DNA of 64,000 bases from contig CALRFD010000003.1 of the NCBI GenBank assembly GCA_943356485.1, forward strand, positions 7,702 through 71,701. The letters are read 5' to 3'. Position 1 is the first letter of the stretch. Every line of letters begins with the position of its first letter. The DNA comes from Patescibacteria group bacterium (lineage in GTDB: Bacteria > Patescibacteriota > Microgenomatia > Daviesbacterales > UBA10151). Shown piece after piece: positions 1-9,033 of this stretch. A program made the position numbers and the translations under genes. The notes beneath the pieces are model-generated. The model saw only the letters and a program-made list of their open reading frames with translations. It did no database searches and was not told the DNA's origin.

Positions 1-2468
1 AAATGGCAGAGCATTCAGGTAAGAAGGGGATTAGGGTAATGATTATAGCTCCTGTTATTAAGGATAGAAAAGGCGAATATAGTTCAACTTTTGAAGACTT
101 TAGGAAAAGGGGATTTTCTAAGGTGAGAATAGATGGACTAGTCAGGGATCTTTCAGAAGATTTGGTTTTGATAAAAACAAACAAACATACGGTTGATTTA
201 GTGGTAGATCGCTTAGTATTGGAGAAAAAAACTGTTCATGAACAACAAATGAGTTCAAGATTATCTCAAAGTATTGAAACAGCACTCAAAATGGGCGAAG
301 GGTCAGTTATTGTTTCAGAGGTTCTAGATTCCTCTCTGGAATTTCCACAAAATCCGAAAAAAATGGAGGACCATTTATACTCTGAAAGATTTGCTTGTCC
401 GGTTGATAATGTTGCTCTATCAGAAATTGAGCCTAGACTTTTATCTTTTAACTCTCCTCATGGAGCTTGTCCTACCTGCTCTGGATTAGGTACGCTTTTG
501 GAGATTGATGAAACAATGGTTTTAAATCCGATCCTTTCTATTGATGAAGGAGGAATTTTGCCCTGGAACAAACTTGCAACTTCTGAAACCTGGTTCACCA
601 GACTTATTGAATCTGTAGGTAAGGAGTATGGATTTGATATGGGCACCAGGCTGGGTGAGCTTACGGCTGATGCTAAAAATATCCTACTTCATGGAGCCGG
701 AGAAAAAGAGTTTAAAGTGGAAGGAAAAAACAGATTAGGAAAGTGGACACATTTTTATGCAAGTTTTCCAGGTCTAATTGCGAATTTAAAAGAAAGATAT
801 GAAACTTCTGAATCTGATTTTGTCAAATCCGAGATTGAAAAATATATGTTTAAAGAGATTTGTCCTAAATGTATGGGAGCAAGACTTAAGGATGAGGCTT
901 TATCAATAACTATAGATGGGCTAAATATTGCAGAGGTTACCAGCCAATCGATTGTCCAGTGTCTAAATTGGATTAAGGGTATAGGTTTTTCGCAAAGAGA
1001 GGCGCAAATTGCTTCGTCGATTAATAAAGAAATTAAGTCCAGGCTGCAATTTTTAATTGATGTGGGTTTGGATTATCTTACCTTAGATAGAGCTGCTATG
1101 ACTCTGGCAGGCGGAGAAAGCCAAAGGATTAGGTTAGCTTCTCAAATTGGTTCAGGTTTATCCGGTGTTCTATATGTTTTAGATGAGCCTTCAATAGGTT
1201 TGCATCAAAGAGATAATACCCGGCTGATTGAAACTTTGAAAAAGCTAAGAGACTTAGGAAATACTGTTGTGGTAAATGAGCATGACAGTGAAACTATGGA
1301 AGCATCAGATCTAATGATCGAAATAGGTCCTGGGGCTGGTGAACATGGAGGACATATTGTGGCAATGGGAACACCGGAGGAAATTAAAAAAAACCCTAAA
1401 TCTTTAACCGGTCAGTATCTTTCCGGAAAAAAACAAGTCAAGGTGAGTTCGGAATTAAAAAAAGAACTGGAGGATATGGGGAGTCTAAAACTAATTGGAG
1501 CTTCAGAGCATAATTTAAAAAATATTAATGTGAGCTTTCCTTTGGGTAAGTTTGTAGCAATTACAGGAGTATCAGGTTCAGGAAAATCAACCCTTATCCA
1601 TGATATTCTGTATCGGGCACTGGCTCAAAAAGTATATAAATCAAAAGAAAGGCCAGGAAATTTTAAAGCTTTAGAAGGATTGGAAAATATAGATAAGGTT
1701 GTTTTGGTTGACCAATCCCCAATTGGTAGAACTCCCCGCTCTAATCCTGCAACCTACACAGGAGCATTTAGCTTTATAAGAGAGTTGTTTGCCCAGTCTC
1801 CAGAGGCGAAAGTAAGGGGTTATGGGCCGGGCAGATTTTCTTTTAATGTAAAAGGGGGAAGGTGTGAGGTTTGTGAGGGTGAAGGGCAGCTTAAAATTGA
1901 GATGCAGTTTTTGCCTGATGTATATGTAACTTGCGAGGCATGTATGGGGGCTAGGTATAACAGGGAAGCTTTAGAGATTCATTTTAAAGATAAAAATATT
2001 TCCGAGGTTTTAGATATGACGGTAGAGGTTGGACTAAAGTTTTTTGAGAATGTGCCATATATAAAAAATAAACTGCAAGTTTTAAATGATGTAGGCTTGG
2101 GTTATATCCGTTTAGGTCAACCGGCGCCAACTCTATCCGGGGGCGAGGCTCAAAGGATTAAGTTATCTTCAGAGCTTTCAAAAAGACCTACCGGGCATAC
2201 AATCTATATTTTGGACGAACCAACAACCGGCTTGCACTTTGCTGATATCGAGAGACTACTTAATATTTTAAGAAAGCTGGTAAATTACGGAAATAGTGTG
2301 GTGATTATTGAGCATAATTTAGATGTGATAAAAAATGTAGATTGGATTATAGACTTAGGGCCTGAAGGCGGGGATAAGGGTGGTTCTATTTTGGGTGAGG
2401 GAACTCCGGAAGATATCGCCAAAATAAAGTCCTCCTATACCGGTCAATATCTGGCCAAAATTATTTAG
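1..2468 (+). CDS. uvrA: Excinuclease ABC subunit A (5'-truncated by window)
   Basis: Zinc fingers (CPTC/CPKC, CEVC/CEAC), LAGGESQRIRLA and LSGGEAQRIKL ABC signatures, Walker A GVSGSGKS. Confidence 0.98.
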   Translation, partial: MAEHSGKKGIRVMIIAPVIKDRKGEYSSTFEDFRKRGFSKVRIDGLVRDLSEDLVLIKTNKHTVDLVVDRLVLEKKTVHEQQMSSRLSQSIETALKMGEGSVIVSEVLDSSLEFPQNPKKMEDHLYSERFACPVDNVALSEIEPRLLSFNSPHGACPTCSGLGTLLEIDETMVLNPILSIDEGGILPWNKLATSETWFTRLIESVGKEYGFDMGTRLGELTADAKNILLHGAGEKEFKVEGKNRLGKWTHFYASFPGLIANLKERYETSESDFVKSEIEKYMFKEICPKCMGARLKDEALSITIDGLNIAEVTSQSIVQCLNWIKGIGFSQREAQIASSINKEIKSRLQFLIDVGLDYLTLDRAAMTLAGGESQRIRLASQIGSGLSGVLYVLDEPSIGLHQRDNTRLIETLKKLRDLGNTVVVNEHDSETMEASDLMIEIGPGAGEHGGHIVAMGTPEEIKKNPKSLTGQYLSGKKQVKVSSELKKELEDMGSLKLIGASEHNLKNINVSFPLGKFVAITGVSGSGKSTLIHDILYRALAQKVYKSKERPGNFKALEGLENIDKVVLVDQSPIGRTPRSNPATYTGAFSFIRELFAQSPEAKVRGYGPGRFSFNVKGGRCEVCEGEGQLKIEMQFLPDVYVTCEACMGARYNREALEIHFKDKNISEVLDMTVEVGLKFFENVPYIKNKLQVLNDVGLGYIRLGQPAPTLSGGEAQRIKLSSELSKRPTGHTIYILDEPTTGLHFADIERLLNILRKLVNYGNSVVIIEHNLDVIKNVDWIIDLGPEGGDKGGSILGEGTPEDIAKIKSSYTGQYLAKII

Positions 2469-2538
2469 TTACCTCCCCAAGGTTACGGCTTGGATTTTTA
2501 GTTAGCTTAAGTAAACTGTTTTTGCTACAATATTTACA

Positions 2539-4461
2539 ATGTTTAAGAAGCTGTTTCATATTACCTTATCGATTTTATTTCTGCTGTTTAGTATAAATTG
2601 TACCCTGTCTAATAGCTTTGCTGCTGAAAACCTGTCAGCCGCCAAACAGGACTTTGGTACTTCTTATAACGTAACTTATGATGTGGGAGAAGATGGCGTA
2701 ACGACTGTTAGTGAAAAGATCACCTTAAAAAATTTAACCAGTCAGTATTACGCTTCTTCCTTTAAACTAATTATCGGCGCAACCCAAATTTCCGATATTA
2801 AAGCCTCAGATGATGGTGGTTTGATGGAGGTAAACTCAAAGCAGGAGAATAGTTCAACTGTCATTAACGTTAAGTTTAACCAGCAAGTTGTAGGTCTTGG
2901 AAAAAGCTTATCCTGGACTCTTCAATTTAAATCCAGGGATTTTGCTGAAAAGATCGGAAAGGTCTGGGAAGTAAGAGCACCAAAAGTTTCAACCTCTACA
3001 AATCTGGAAAGCTATAATTTAACAATTTCTGTTCCTTTGAGTTTTGGCGAACCTACTTTAATAAGCCCAATCCCCAGGAGTCAGGTAACTTCAAATGGAA
3101 AAGTGCTTTTAAGCTTTGAAAAACCGCAGCTGATCTCTTCAGGTGTCTCCGCGAATTTTGGAAATATACAACTTTTTAATTTTGATTTAGCCTACCATTT
3201 GGAAAATAATAATCTGGTATCAATTCTGACTAATATAGCTCTTCCTCCAGATACAGCTTTTCAGGATATTTTGTTCCAAAAAATCGACCCGAAGCCCCTT
3301 AATGTAACTTTGGATGATGATGGAAATTATTTAGCTTGGTATCGGCTTTCAAGAGGTCAAAGAGTTGATGTTAGGGTTCTTGGTTCCTCCAGGCTTTATA
3401 CAGATTCCAAGGTTAAAAACCCTGTCTTATCAGATAGCTTGAGAAAAAAATATACCCAGTCAGATAAATACTGGGAAAAAGATAATCCGGAGATCTCTGC
3501 AAAACTGGCTGAAATATTAGGAAATAACCCCAAGCTGGAACCTTTGAAAAAAGTGGAATTAATATACAGATATGTTGTAAATAATTTAAAGTATGATTCC
3601 ACCAGGCTTAATGATGATAATCTGGAAAGATTAGGGGCTGTAACGGTTTTAAACAATCCAACTCAGGCTGTATGTATGGAATTTAGCGACCTTTTTATAG
3701 CTCTTGCCAGGGCTGCTGGAATTCCTGCAAGGGAGCTTGACGGGTATGCTTATACTTCCAATTCCATACTTCGCCCGCTTTCTCTTTCAAAAGACATCCT
3801 GCATGCCTGGCCGCAGTATTGGGATGATAAAAAAGGGTGGATAATGGTTGATCCGACCTGGGAAAATACAACAGGTGGGGTGGACTATTTCTCAAAGTTT
3901 GACTTAAGCCATCTTGTTTTTGCAATTAAGGGATCTTCCTCTACTCAACCGATTGCCGCCGGTTCTTATAAGTATTTTGGAGTGGATTCAAAGGATGTAG
4001 CTGTGATGCTGTCAGATGTTGATTTTTTGGGTGGACCTAAGCTGGATGTTAACCTGGATATAGCCAACCCGCTTTTAGCCGGTTTTCCGGGTAAATTAAA
4101 GGTTACTGTTAGGAATACAGGTAATTCAGTACTTAGCTCAAGAGACCTTGTTCTAAAAAGCAGCAAGCTTTTAATTGTTGGGGGGGATAAACAAAGATTG
4201 GGTGATATTCCGGCTTTTGGTTCGGCCGCCTTCGATATAAATATAAGAACTAAATCACTTTTTGATTCATATAGCGATCAGATAATAGCTCAACTGGGAA
4301 CAGAAAAATTTATCAAGGATATAGCGATCAAGCCGTTTTTCGCTTTTGCAGTAGTTCCAATAATGATTGCTGCAATGATTTTTGCAATCAGCGCAATATA
4401 TCTGGCTGTATTAGGGTTTCATTTCTATCAGGCTAGGGGTAATAAAAAGAAGAATGGTTAA
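2539..4461 (+). CDS. Secreted/membrane-anchored transglutaminase-like domain protein
   Basis: Signal peptide, AVCMEFSDLFIALARAAGIPAR and HAWPQY...DPTW transglutaminase triad, C-terminal TM helix. Confidence 0.85.
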   Translation: MFKKLFHITLSILFLLFSINCTLSNSFAAENLSAAKQDFGTSYNVTYDVGEDGVTTVSEKITLKNLTSQYYASSFKLIIGATQISDIKASDDGGLMEVNSKQENSSTVINVKFNQQVVGLGKSLSWTLQFKSRDFAEKIGKVWEVRAPKVSTSTNLESYNLTISVPLSFGEPTLISPIPRSQVTSNGKVLLSFEKPQLISSGVSANFGNIQLFNFDLAYHLENNNLVSILTNIALPPDTAFQDILFQKIDPKPLNVTLDDDGNYLAWYRLSRGQRVDVRVLGSSRLYTDSKVKNPVLSDSLRKKYTQSDKYWEKDNPEISAKLAEILGNNPKLEPLKKVELIYRYVVNNLKYDSTRLNDDNLERLGAVTVLNNPTQAVCMEFSDLFIALARAAGIPARELDGYAYTSNSILRPLSLSKDILHAWPQYWDDKKGWIMVDPTWENTTGGVDYFSKFDLSHLVFAIKGSSSTQPIAAGSYKYFGVDSKDVAVMLSDVDFLGGPKLDVNLDIANPLLAGFPGKLKVTVRNTGNSVLSSRDLVLKSSKLLIVGGDKQRLGDIPAFGSAAFDINIRTKSLFDSYSDQIIAQLGTEKFIKDIAIKPFFAFAVVPIMIAAMIFAISAIYLAVLGFHFYQARGNKKKNG

Positions 4462-5707
4462 TTATTGGCTTAATTTCAAAACAAAGATACCTCACAAATC
4501 TGGCGTTTATATTTATAAAGATAAGAATGGAGATATTCTTTATATCGGCAAAGCAATAGATCTATATCACCGGGTGGCCTCCTATTTTAACAGTAATGTT
4601 ACTCAAAAAACAGCTGCACTGGTTGAAAAAATTTCTGATATTCAAACCATAACCGTTGAATCTGAGCTTGAAGCCTTAATTTTAGAGGCAAATCTAATAA
4701 AAAAACATCTGCCGCCTTTTAATGTGCGGTTACTGGACGATAAAGACTATCTTTATATAGGAATAACAGATGAAGACTTTCCAAAGGTTAGTACTTTAAG
4801 AAGAATGGATCTAAAGAAGATGAAAAAATACTGGGGACCATTTCCTTCCAGCAGAACTGTAAAAAGTACTCTGAAGCAACTAAGAAAAGTCTTTCCTTGG
4901 TGTTCAGCCACACAAGGCGACGCCTTGCGTGCGTGTTTTTACTATCATCTGGGTCTATGTCCTGGTGCTTGTGTGGGCTTAATTTCAAAGCAGGATTATA
5001 ATAAAATTATCAGGAATTTTTCTAAATTTTTGGATGGTAGAAAAGAAGAGTTAGTGAAGGAGCTTACTGAACAGATGTTAAAGTCTTCTTCAAAACAGAA
5101 TTTTGAGCAGGCAGGGCGGATTAAAAAAATACTTGGGGGGATAAATTACATGACTCAAACAAACAGGGTAACATTATATCTTGAGAATCCTAACTTCTTG
5201 GAAGATGAAAATAATGAGGCTTTAAAACAGCTGAAAGAAGATTTGAATTTACCTAGTCTTCCGGAAAGAATTGAAGGGTATGATATTTCCAATATTTCCG
5301 GTAAAGAGGCTGTTGGATCAATGGTTGTTTTAACAAATGGCGAGATAGACAAATCCCAATATAGGAGATTTAAAATACATATTAGCGGTAAACCAAATGA
5401 CGTCGGTATGCATAAAGAAATGATAAGACGCCGTTTAAAGCACACTGAATGGAAATTCCCCGACTTGATAATAGTTGATGGGGGCTTAGGTCAAGTCCGC
5501 GGTGTTAACTATGAACTGCAAACTGCCAACTGTAAACTACCTGTATTTGGTCTGGCCAAAAGGATGGAGTGGTTATATCCCCCGGAAGGAGAAATCATAA
5601 AACTACCCAGGAAGAGTCTGTCTTTAAAACTTTTGCAGAAGTTAAGGGATGAATCCCACAGATTTGCAATTACCTATCACCGAAAGCTACGTGATAAGAT
5701 TAAGTAA
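4454..5707 (+). CDS. uvrC: Excinuclease ABC subunit C (short form)
   Basis: GIY-YIG N-terminus (GVYIY...LYIGKA), RIEGYDISN, IIVDGGLGQ, LRDESHRFAI. Confidence 0.93.
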   Translation: MVNYWLNFKTKIPHKSGVYIYKDKNGDILYIGKAIDLYHRVASYFNSNVTQKTAALVEKISDIQTITVESELEALILEANLIKKHLPPFNVRLLDDKDYLYIGITDEDFPKVSTLRRMDLKKMKKYWGPFPSSRTVKSTLKQLRKVFPWCSATQGDALRACFYYHLGLCPGACVGLISKQDYNKIIRNFSKFLDGRKEELVKELTEQMLKSSSKQNFEQAGRIKKILGGINYMTQTNRVTLYLENPNFLEDENNEALKQLKEDLNLPSLPERIEGYDISNISGKEAVGSMVVLTNGEIDKSQYRRFKIHISGKPNDVGMHKEMIRRRLKHTEWKFPDLIIVDGGLGQVRGVNYELQTANCKLPVFGLAKRMEWLYPPEGEIIKLPRKSLSLKLLQKLRDESHRFAITYHRKLRDKIK

Positions 5708-5708
5708 T

Positions 5709-6113
5709 ATGAAAACTTTATTGCGTTACTTTTTAATAAATCTGGTTTCGCTCTATACAGCAACTAAATTAATTCCGGGTTTAGTTTATATAGGAGGAAT
5801 AAAAGCTCTGTTTATTGGGGCGCTTGTTTTTATGCTGATCAATTTTATATTAGTTCCTCTTCTTAAGATTTTATTTCTGCCGCTTAACCTGCTTACTCTG
5901 GGGTTATTTTCCTGGCTTATTAATGTCTTAGCTTTATATGCGCTAACTACTATTGTTTCTGACTTTCAATTAATTCCTTATACATTTGCAGGCTTTTACA
6001 GTAGTGGGGGTTTTAGTATTCCTCCAATGGAATTATCTCCTTTCTGGGTTGCTGTAGTGGCTTCTCTTATTATTGGTTTTATTACCCATTTTCTACAATG
6101 GTTAGCGCACTAA
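5709..6113 (+). CDS. YvlD/phage-holin-4-like 4-TM membrane protein
   Basis: PLLKILFLPLNLLTLGLFSWLIN motif; probable ATG at 5709 just after uvrC stop. Confidence 0.8.
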   Translation: MKTLLRYFLINLVSLYTATKLIPGLVYIGGIKALFIGALVFMLINFILVPLLKILFLPLNLLTLGLFSWLINVLALYALTTIVSDFQLIPYTFAGFYSSGGFSIPPMELSPFWVAVVASLIIGFITHFLQWLAH

Positions 6114-6136
6114 CTTAGTGATATAATAATATCCTC

Positions 6137-6352
6137 ATGAAGCCGGTAGTCTCGCTTGTACAAATTATATTAGGGATACTTCTTATTTTAGTAATTATTA
6201 TTCAACAAAAGGGATCAGGTCTGGGATCAGCTTTTGGAGCGGATTTAGGTTTCTATAGAACAAAAAGAGGAGCCGAGAAACTCCTTTTTTATACTACCAT
6301 TGGGTTGTCTGTGGCTTTTATTATTTCTTCTCTTGTTGGCCTAGCCATCTAA
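6137..6352 (+). CDS. secG: Preprotein translocase subunit SecG
   Basis: Two TM helices with IIIQQKGSGLGSAFG...RGAEKLL. Confidence 0.92.
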   Translation: MKPVVSLVQIILGILLILVIIIQQKGSGLGSAFGADLGFYRTKRGAEKLLFYTTIGLSVAFIISSLVGLAI

Positions 6353-6354
6353 AA

Positions 6355-7770
6355 ATGAAAAATTTCTTCAATATAAGATCTTTGAGGCTTTATCTCCTCA
6401 TCTTAGTAGAATATATAAAACGTCATAATAAATACTTTCTGGCTGTATTTGTAGCAGTATTTATTGTTTTAATAGCTCAGTTTAAGTTTAATTTTCTGTT
6501 CGATAATAATAGTATTAGAATTGGCTTAATTGGTACTTATCAGGAACACGATCTTCCATTTGAAGTTACAAAGCTCATATCTACTTCTTTGGTCACTACC
6601 GACGCAAATAACAGGATCAAACCAAATTTGGTTACGGGCTGGGAAAGTAATGCAGATGCAACGGTGTATAAGTTCAAATTAAAGGATAATTTAAAATGGT
6701 CTGATGGAAGTTTGATTAATTCATCGGATATAGGCTTCTCCATTCCTGACGTCGTGGTTTCTTATCCAGATAATAAAACTATACAGTTTAACCTGAAGGA
6801 TTCTTATCCGCCATTTCCCTCACTTCTGGCTAGCCCGATATTTAAAAAGGGTACACTCTTAGGTATAGGTCCATATAAAATTTCCAAAATAGAAAAGTCC
6901 CGGATATTTATTACAAAGATTACCCTAACTCCCTCTGATCCGGTTGCCCCAAAAATATATGTACGTTTTTATCCAAACGAGAGTGTTGGCGCAACTGGTT
7001 TCTCCTTGGGAGAAGTTGAAGCCTTATTTGGTATAAATAACCTTAAGGCCTTACCGGATAATCCGATTCTAGGACTGAAGCAAAAAACAGATTTTAGTAA
7101 AATAGTAACCGTATTTTTCTCGATGGCAGACTCTTTAGTAGGCGGTAAAAACAGATCTTTGCGTCAGGCGCTAAGCTATATTAGTCCACAAATAAAAAAT
7201 GAGGAAGTGGCTGATAATCCTTACCCACCAACTTCCTGGGCGTATGATAAAAATGCTAAAAAATATTTAAATAACGAAACAGAAGCAAAATCGGCTTTGG
7301 AGAGGGCTAAGTCTCAAATTCCTGTTGATAAAATTCACTCCGAAATAGTCTTAACAACAACCCCTAATTTAGAAAGCGTTGCGAATGAAATTATTAATTC
7401 ATGGAGGAGTTTAGGGCTTAACGTAAGAGTCAGGGTAGAATCAGGTGTTCCGCAAAACTTTCAAGCTCTTTTAATACTTCAGAGTATTCCTTCCGACCCT
7501 GACCAATATACACTCTGGCATGCTACCCAGACAAAGACGAATATCTCAAAAGTAGATGTTAAAAGGATAGATAAGGATTTAGAAGATGCCAGAGGGAAAG
7601 AAGCCGGGGCGGAGGATTTTAGACAGATGAAATATTTTGATTTCCAAAAGGCATTACTAGAAGAAGCTCCGGCTATTTTTCTTTACTTTCCAAAATATAA
7701 TATATTCTATCTGAAAAAATCAGAACAGCTATTGCAAAAAGTATTAGATCTACAGCTTCCAAAACCATAA
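6355..7770 (+). CDS. ABC transporter substrate-binding protein, family 5 (peptide/nickel type)
   Basis: YKFKLKDNLKWSDG, GIGPYKI, DPDQYTLWH, EEAPAIFLY. Confidence 0.85.
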   Translation: MKNFFNIRSLRLYLLILVEYIKRHNKYFLAVFVAVFIVLIAQFKFNFLFDNNSIRIGLIGTYQEHDLPFEVTKLISTSLVTTDANNRIKPNLVTGWESNADATVYKFKLKDNLKWSDGSLINSSDIGFSIPDVVVSYPDNKTIQFNLKDSYPPFPSLLASPIFKKGTLLGIGPYKISKIEKSRIFITKITLTPSDPVAPKIYVRFYPNESVGATGFSLGEVEALFGINNLKALPDNPILGLKQKTDFSKIVTVFFSMADSLVGGKNRSLRQALSYISPQIKNEEVADNPYPPTSWAYDKNAKKYLNNETEAKSALERAKSQIPVDKIHSEIVLTTTPNLESVANEIINSWRSLGLNVRVRVESGVPQNFQALLILQSIPSDPDQYTLWHATQTKTNISKVDVKRIDKDLEDARGKEAGAEDFRQMKYFDFQKALLEEAPAIFLYFPKYNIFYLKKSEQLLQKVLDLQLPKP

Positions 7771-7785
7771 ATTTCAACCCAATTC

Positions 7786-7823
7786 CAACCCCAGGGGTTG
7801 ATTACCTTCAAACCCCGGGATTT
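7786..7823 (-). repeat. REP-like repeat family A, copy upstream of RAYT-1
   Basis: CAACCCCAGGGGTTG palindrome plus second half-site; inverted relative to the copies at 8545 and 17886. Confidence 0.8.
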
Positions 7824-7862
7824 TATCTTGTAAAATTCTGGATTAAACTATAATATGAAAAT

Positions 7863-8534
7863 ATGCCCTACAGAAAAACTGCCATTGTTTCTGGCGAGGT
7901 ATATCATATTTTTAATAGAGGAATAGCCGGGGCACCAATATTTTCAACTACTAAAGATTTCTTGCGCTTCCTAGACTTAATAAATTATTACCGTTTTAGA
8001 GATACCCCGGTAAGTTTTTCCCAATTTAAAAAGATAAAGAAAGAGGATAGAGAAAAAATTTTAAGCAATTTAGTGAAAGAAAATAACCCGCAAATAGAAA
8101 TATTAGCATTTTGTTTAATGGATAATCACTTTCATTTTCTTTTAAAACAAATTCTAGATAAGGGGATAGCCAAATTTGTCAGCAATTTACAAAATGGCTA
8201 TGCTAAATATTTTAATGTAAAAACTGAAAGGTATGGACCATTATTTCAGCCCATGTTTAAATCTGTAAGAGTTGTAAAAAACGAGCAACTTCTTCATGTT
8301 TCAAGATACATACATTTAAATCCATCTACAGGTTATTTAGTAGAAATAAAAGATTTAGAAGAATACCCTTGGACATCGCTATCCAGTTATCTTAAAGAAA
8401 ACTTAGAATATCCTTTTGTAAGTACGGAATTTATCCTGGAATTTATGAGTAGAAAGAAGTATAAAGAATTTATATATGATCAGGCAGAGTATCAAAGGGA
8501 GTTGGCAAATATTAGACATCTGACCTTTGAATAA
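7863..8534 (+). mobile_element. REP-associated tyrosine transposase (RAYT, Y1 HUH family) no. 1
   Basis: YHIFNRG, LAFCLMDNHFHFLL (HUH), RYIHLNP; flanked by inverted repeats. Confidence 0.9.
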
Positions 8535-8544
8535 AAAAGATTCA

Positions 8545-8582
8545 TTTCCTTGGGTTGGAAGCTATTTAACCCCTGGGGTTAA
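8545..8582 (+). repeat. REP-like repeat family A, copy downstream of RAYT-1
   Basis: TTCCTTGGGTTGGAAGCTATTTAACCCCTGGGGTTAA. Confidence 0.8.
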
Positions 8583-8616
8583 TGATTGAAAAATCCATGC
8601 TATAATTTTTAGATAT

Positions 8617-9033
8617 ATGGGTGAAAAGTTGGGGCCTGCAGGAAGAAAAATAGAATGGGTGAGACTCCACCCGGATTATAGTCAAGGTGTCCATGGTACT
8701 GTATTAAAACCTAAAGAAGTTGATAGTACTCAAACAATAACTTTACTTCCTAAGGATGATATACAAAGGTCTTTAAGGTGGTTGACTGCCAACAGCACAA
8801 AAAAAGGGGCTCTTATTGGATTTGTCTGTGGACTGGGATTAGATATACTATCTGTTACCCATTTTGGTGGTTCTGTGTCTACCGAAACCGCATTTTATTA
8901 TGGCTTTTTTACTTTATTCCCAACACTTTTAGGAATATCAAGCGGCTTTGGCTTAGCTCAGGATAGAGACGGGTGGGCTAAAGGAAATTATCGGCTGGTT
9001 GATAAAAATCAGTCTCCAAATGTAAAAGCATAA
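8617..9033 (+). CDS. Hypothetical membrane protein
   Basis: 138-aa ORF with two hydrophobic segments; TGCTATAAT promoter just upstream. Confidence 0.6.
   Translation: MGEKLGPAGRKIEWVRLHPDYSQGVHGTVLKPKEVDSTQTITLLPKDDIQRSLRWLTANSTKKGALIGFVCGLGLDILSVTHFGGSVSTETAFYYGFFTLFPTLLGISSGFGLAQDRDGWAKGNYRLVDKNQSPNVKA

Noticed and set aside
5709-6113. Prophage inferred from the holin-like gene and the HNH gene
   Set aside because: YvlD-type proteins are common chromosomal genes, and no structural, terminase or integrase genes are present.
7863-8534. Classic IS200/IS605 element with TnpB
   Set aside because: No tnpB neighbour; protein length, motifs and flanking inverted REP-like units fit RAYT.
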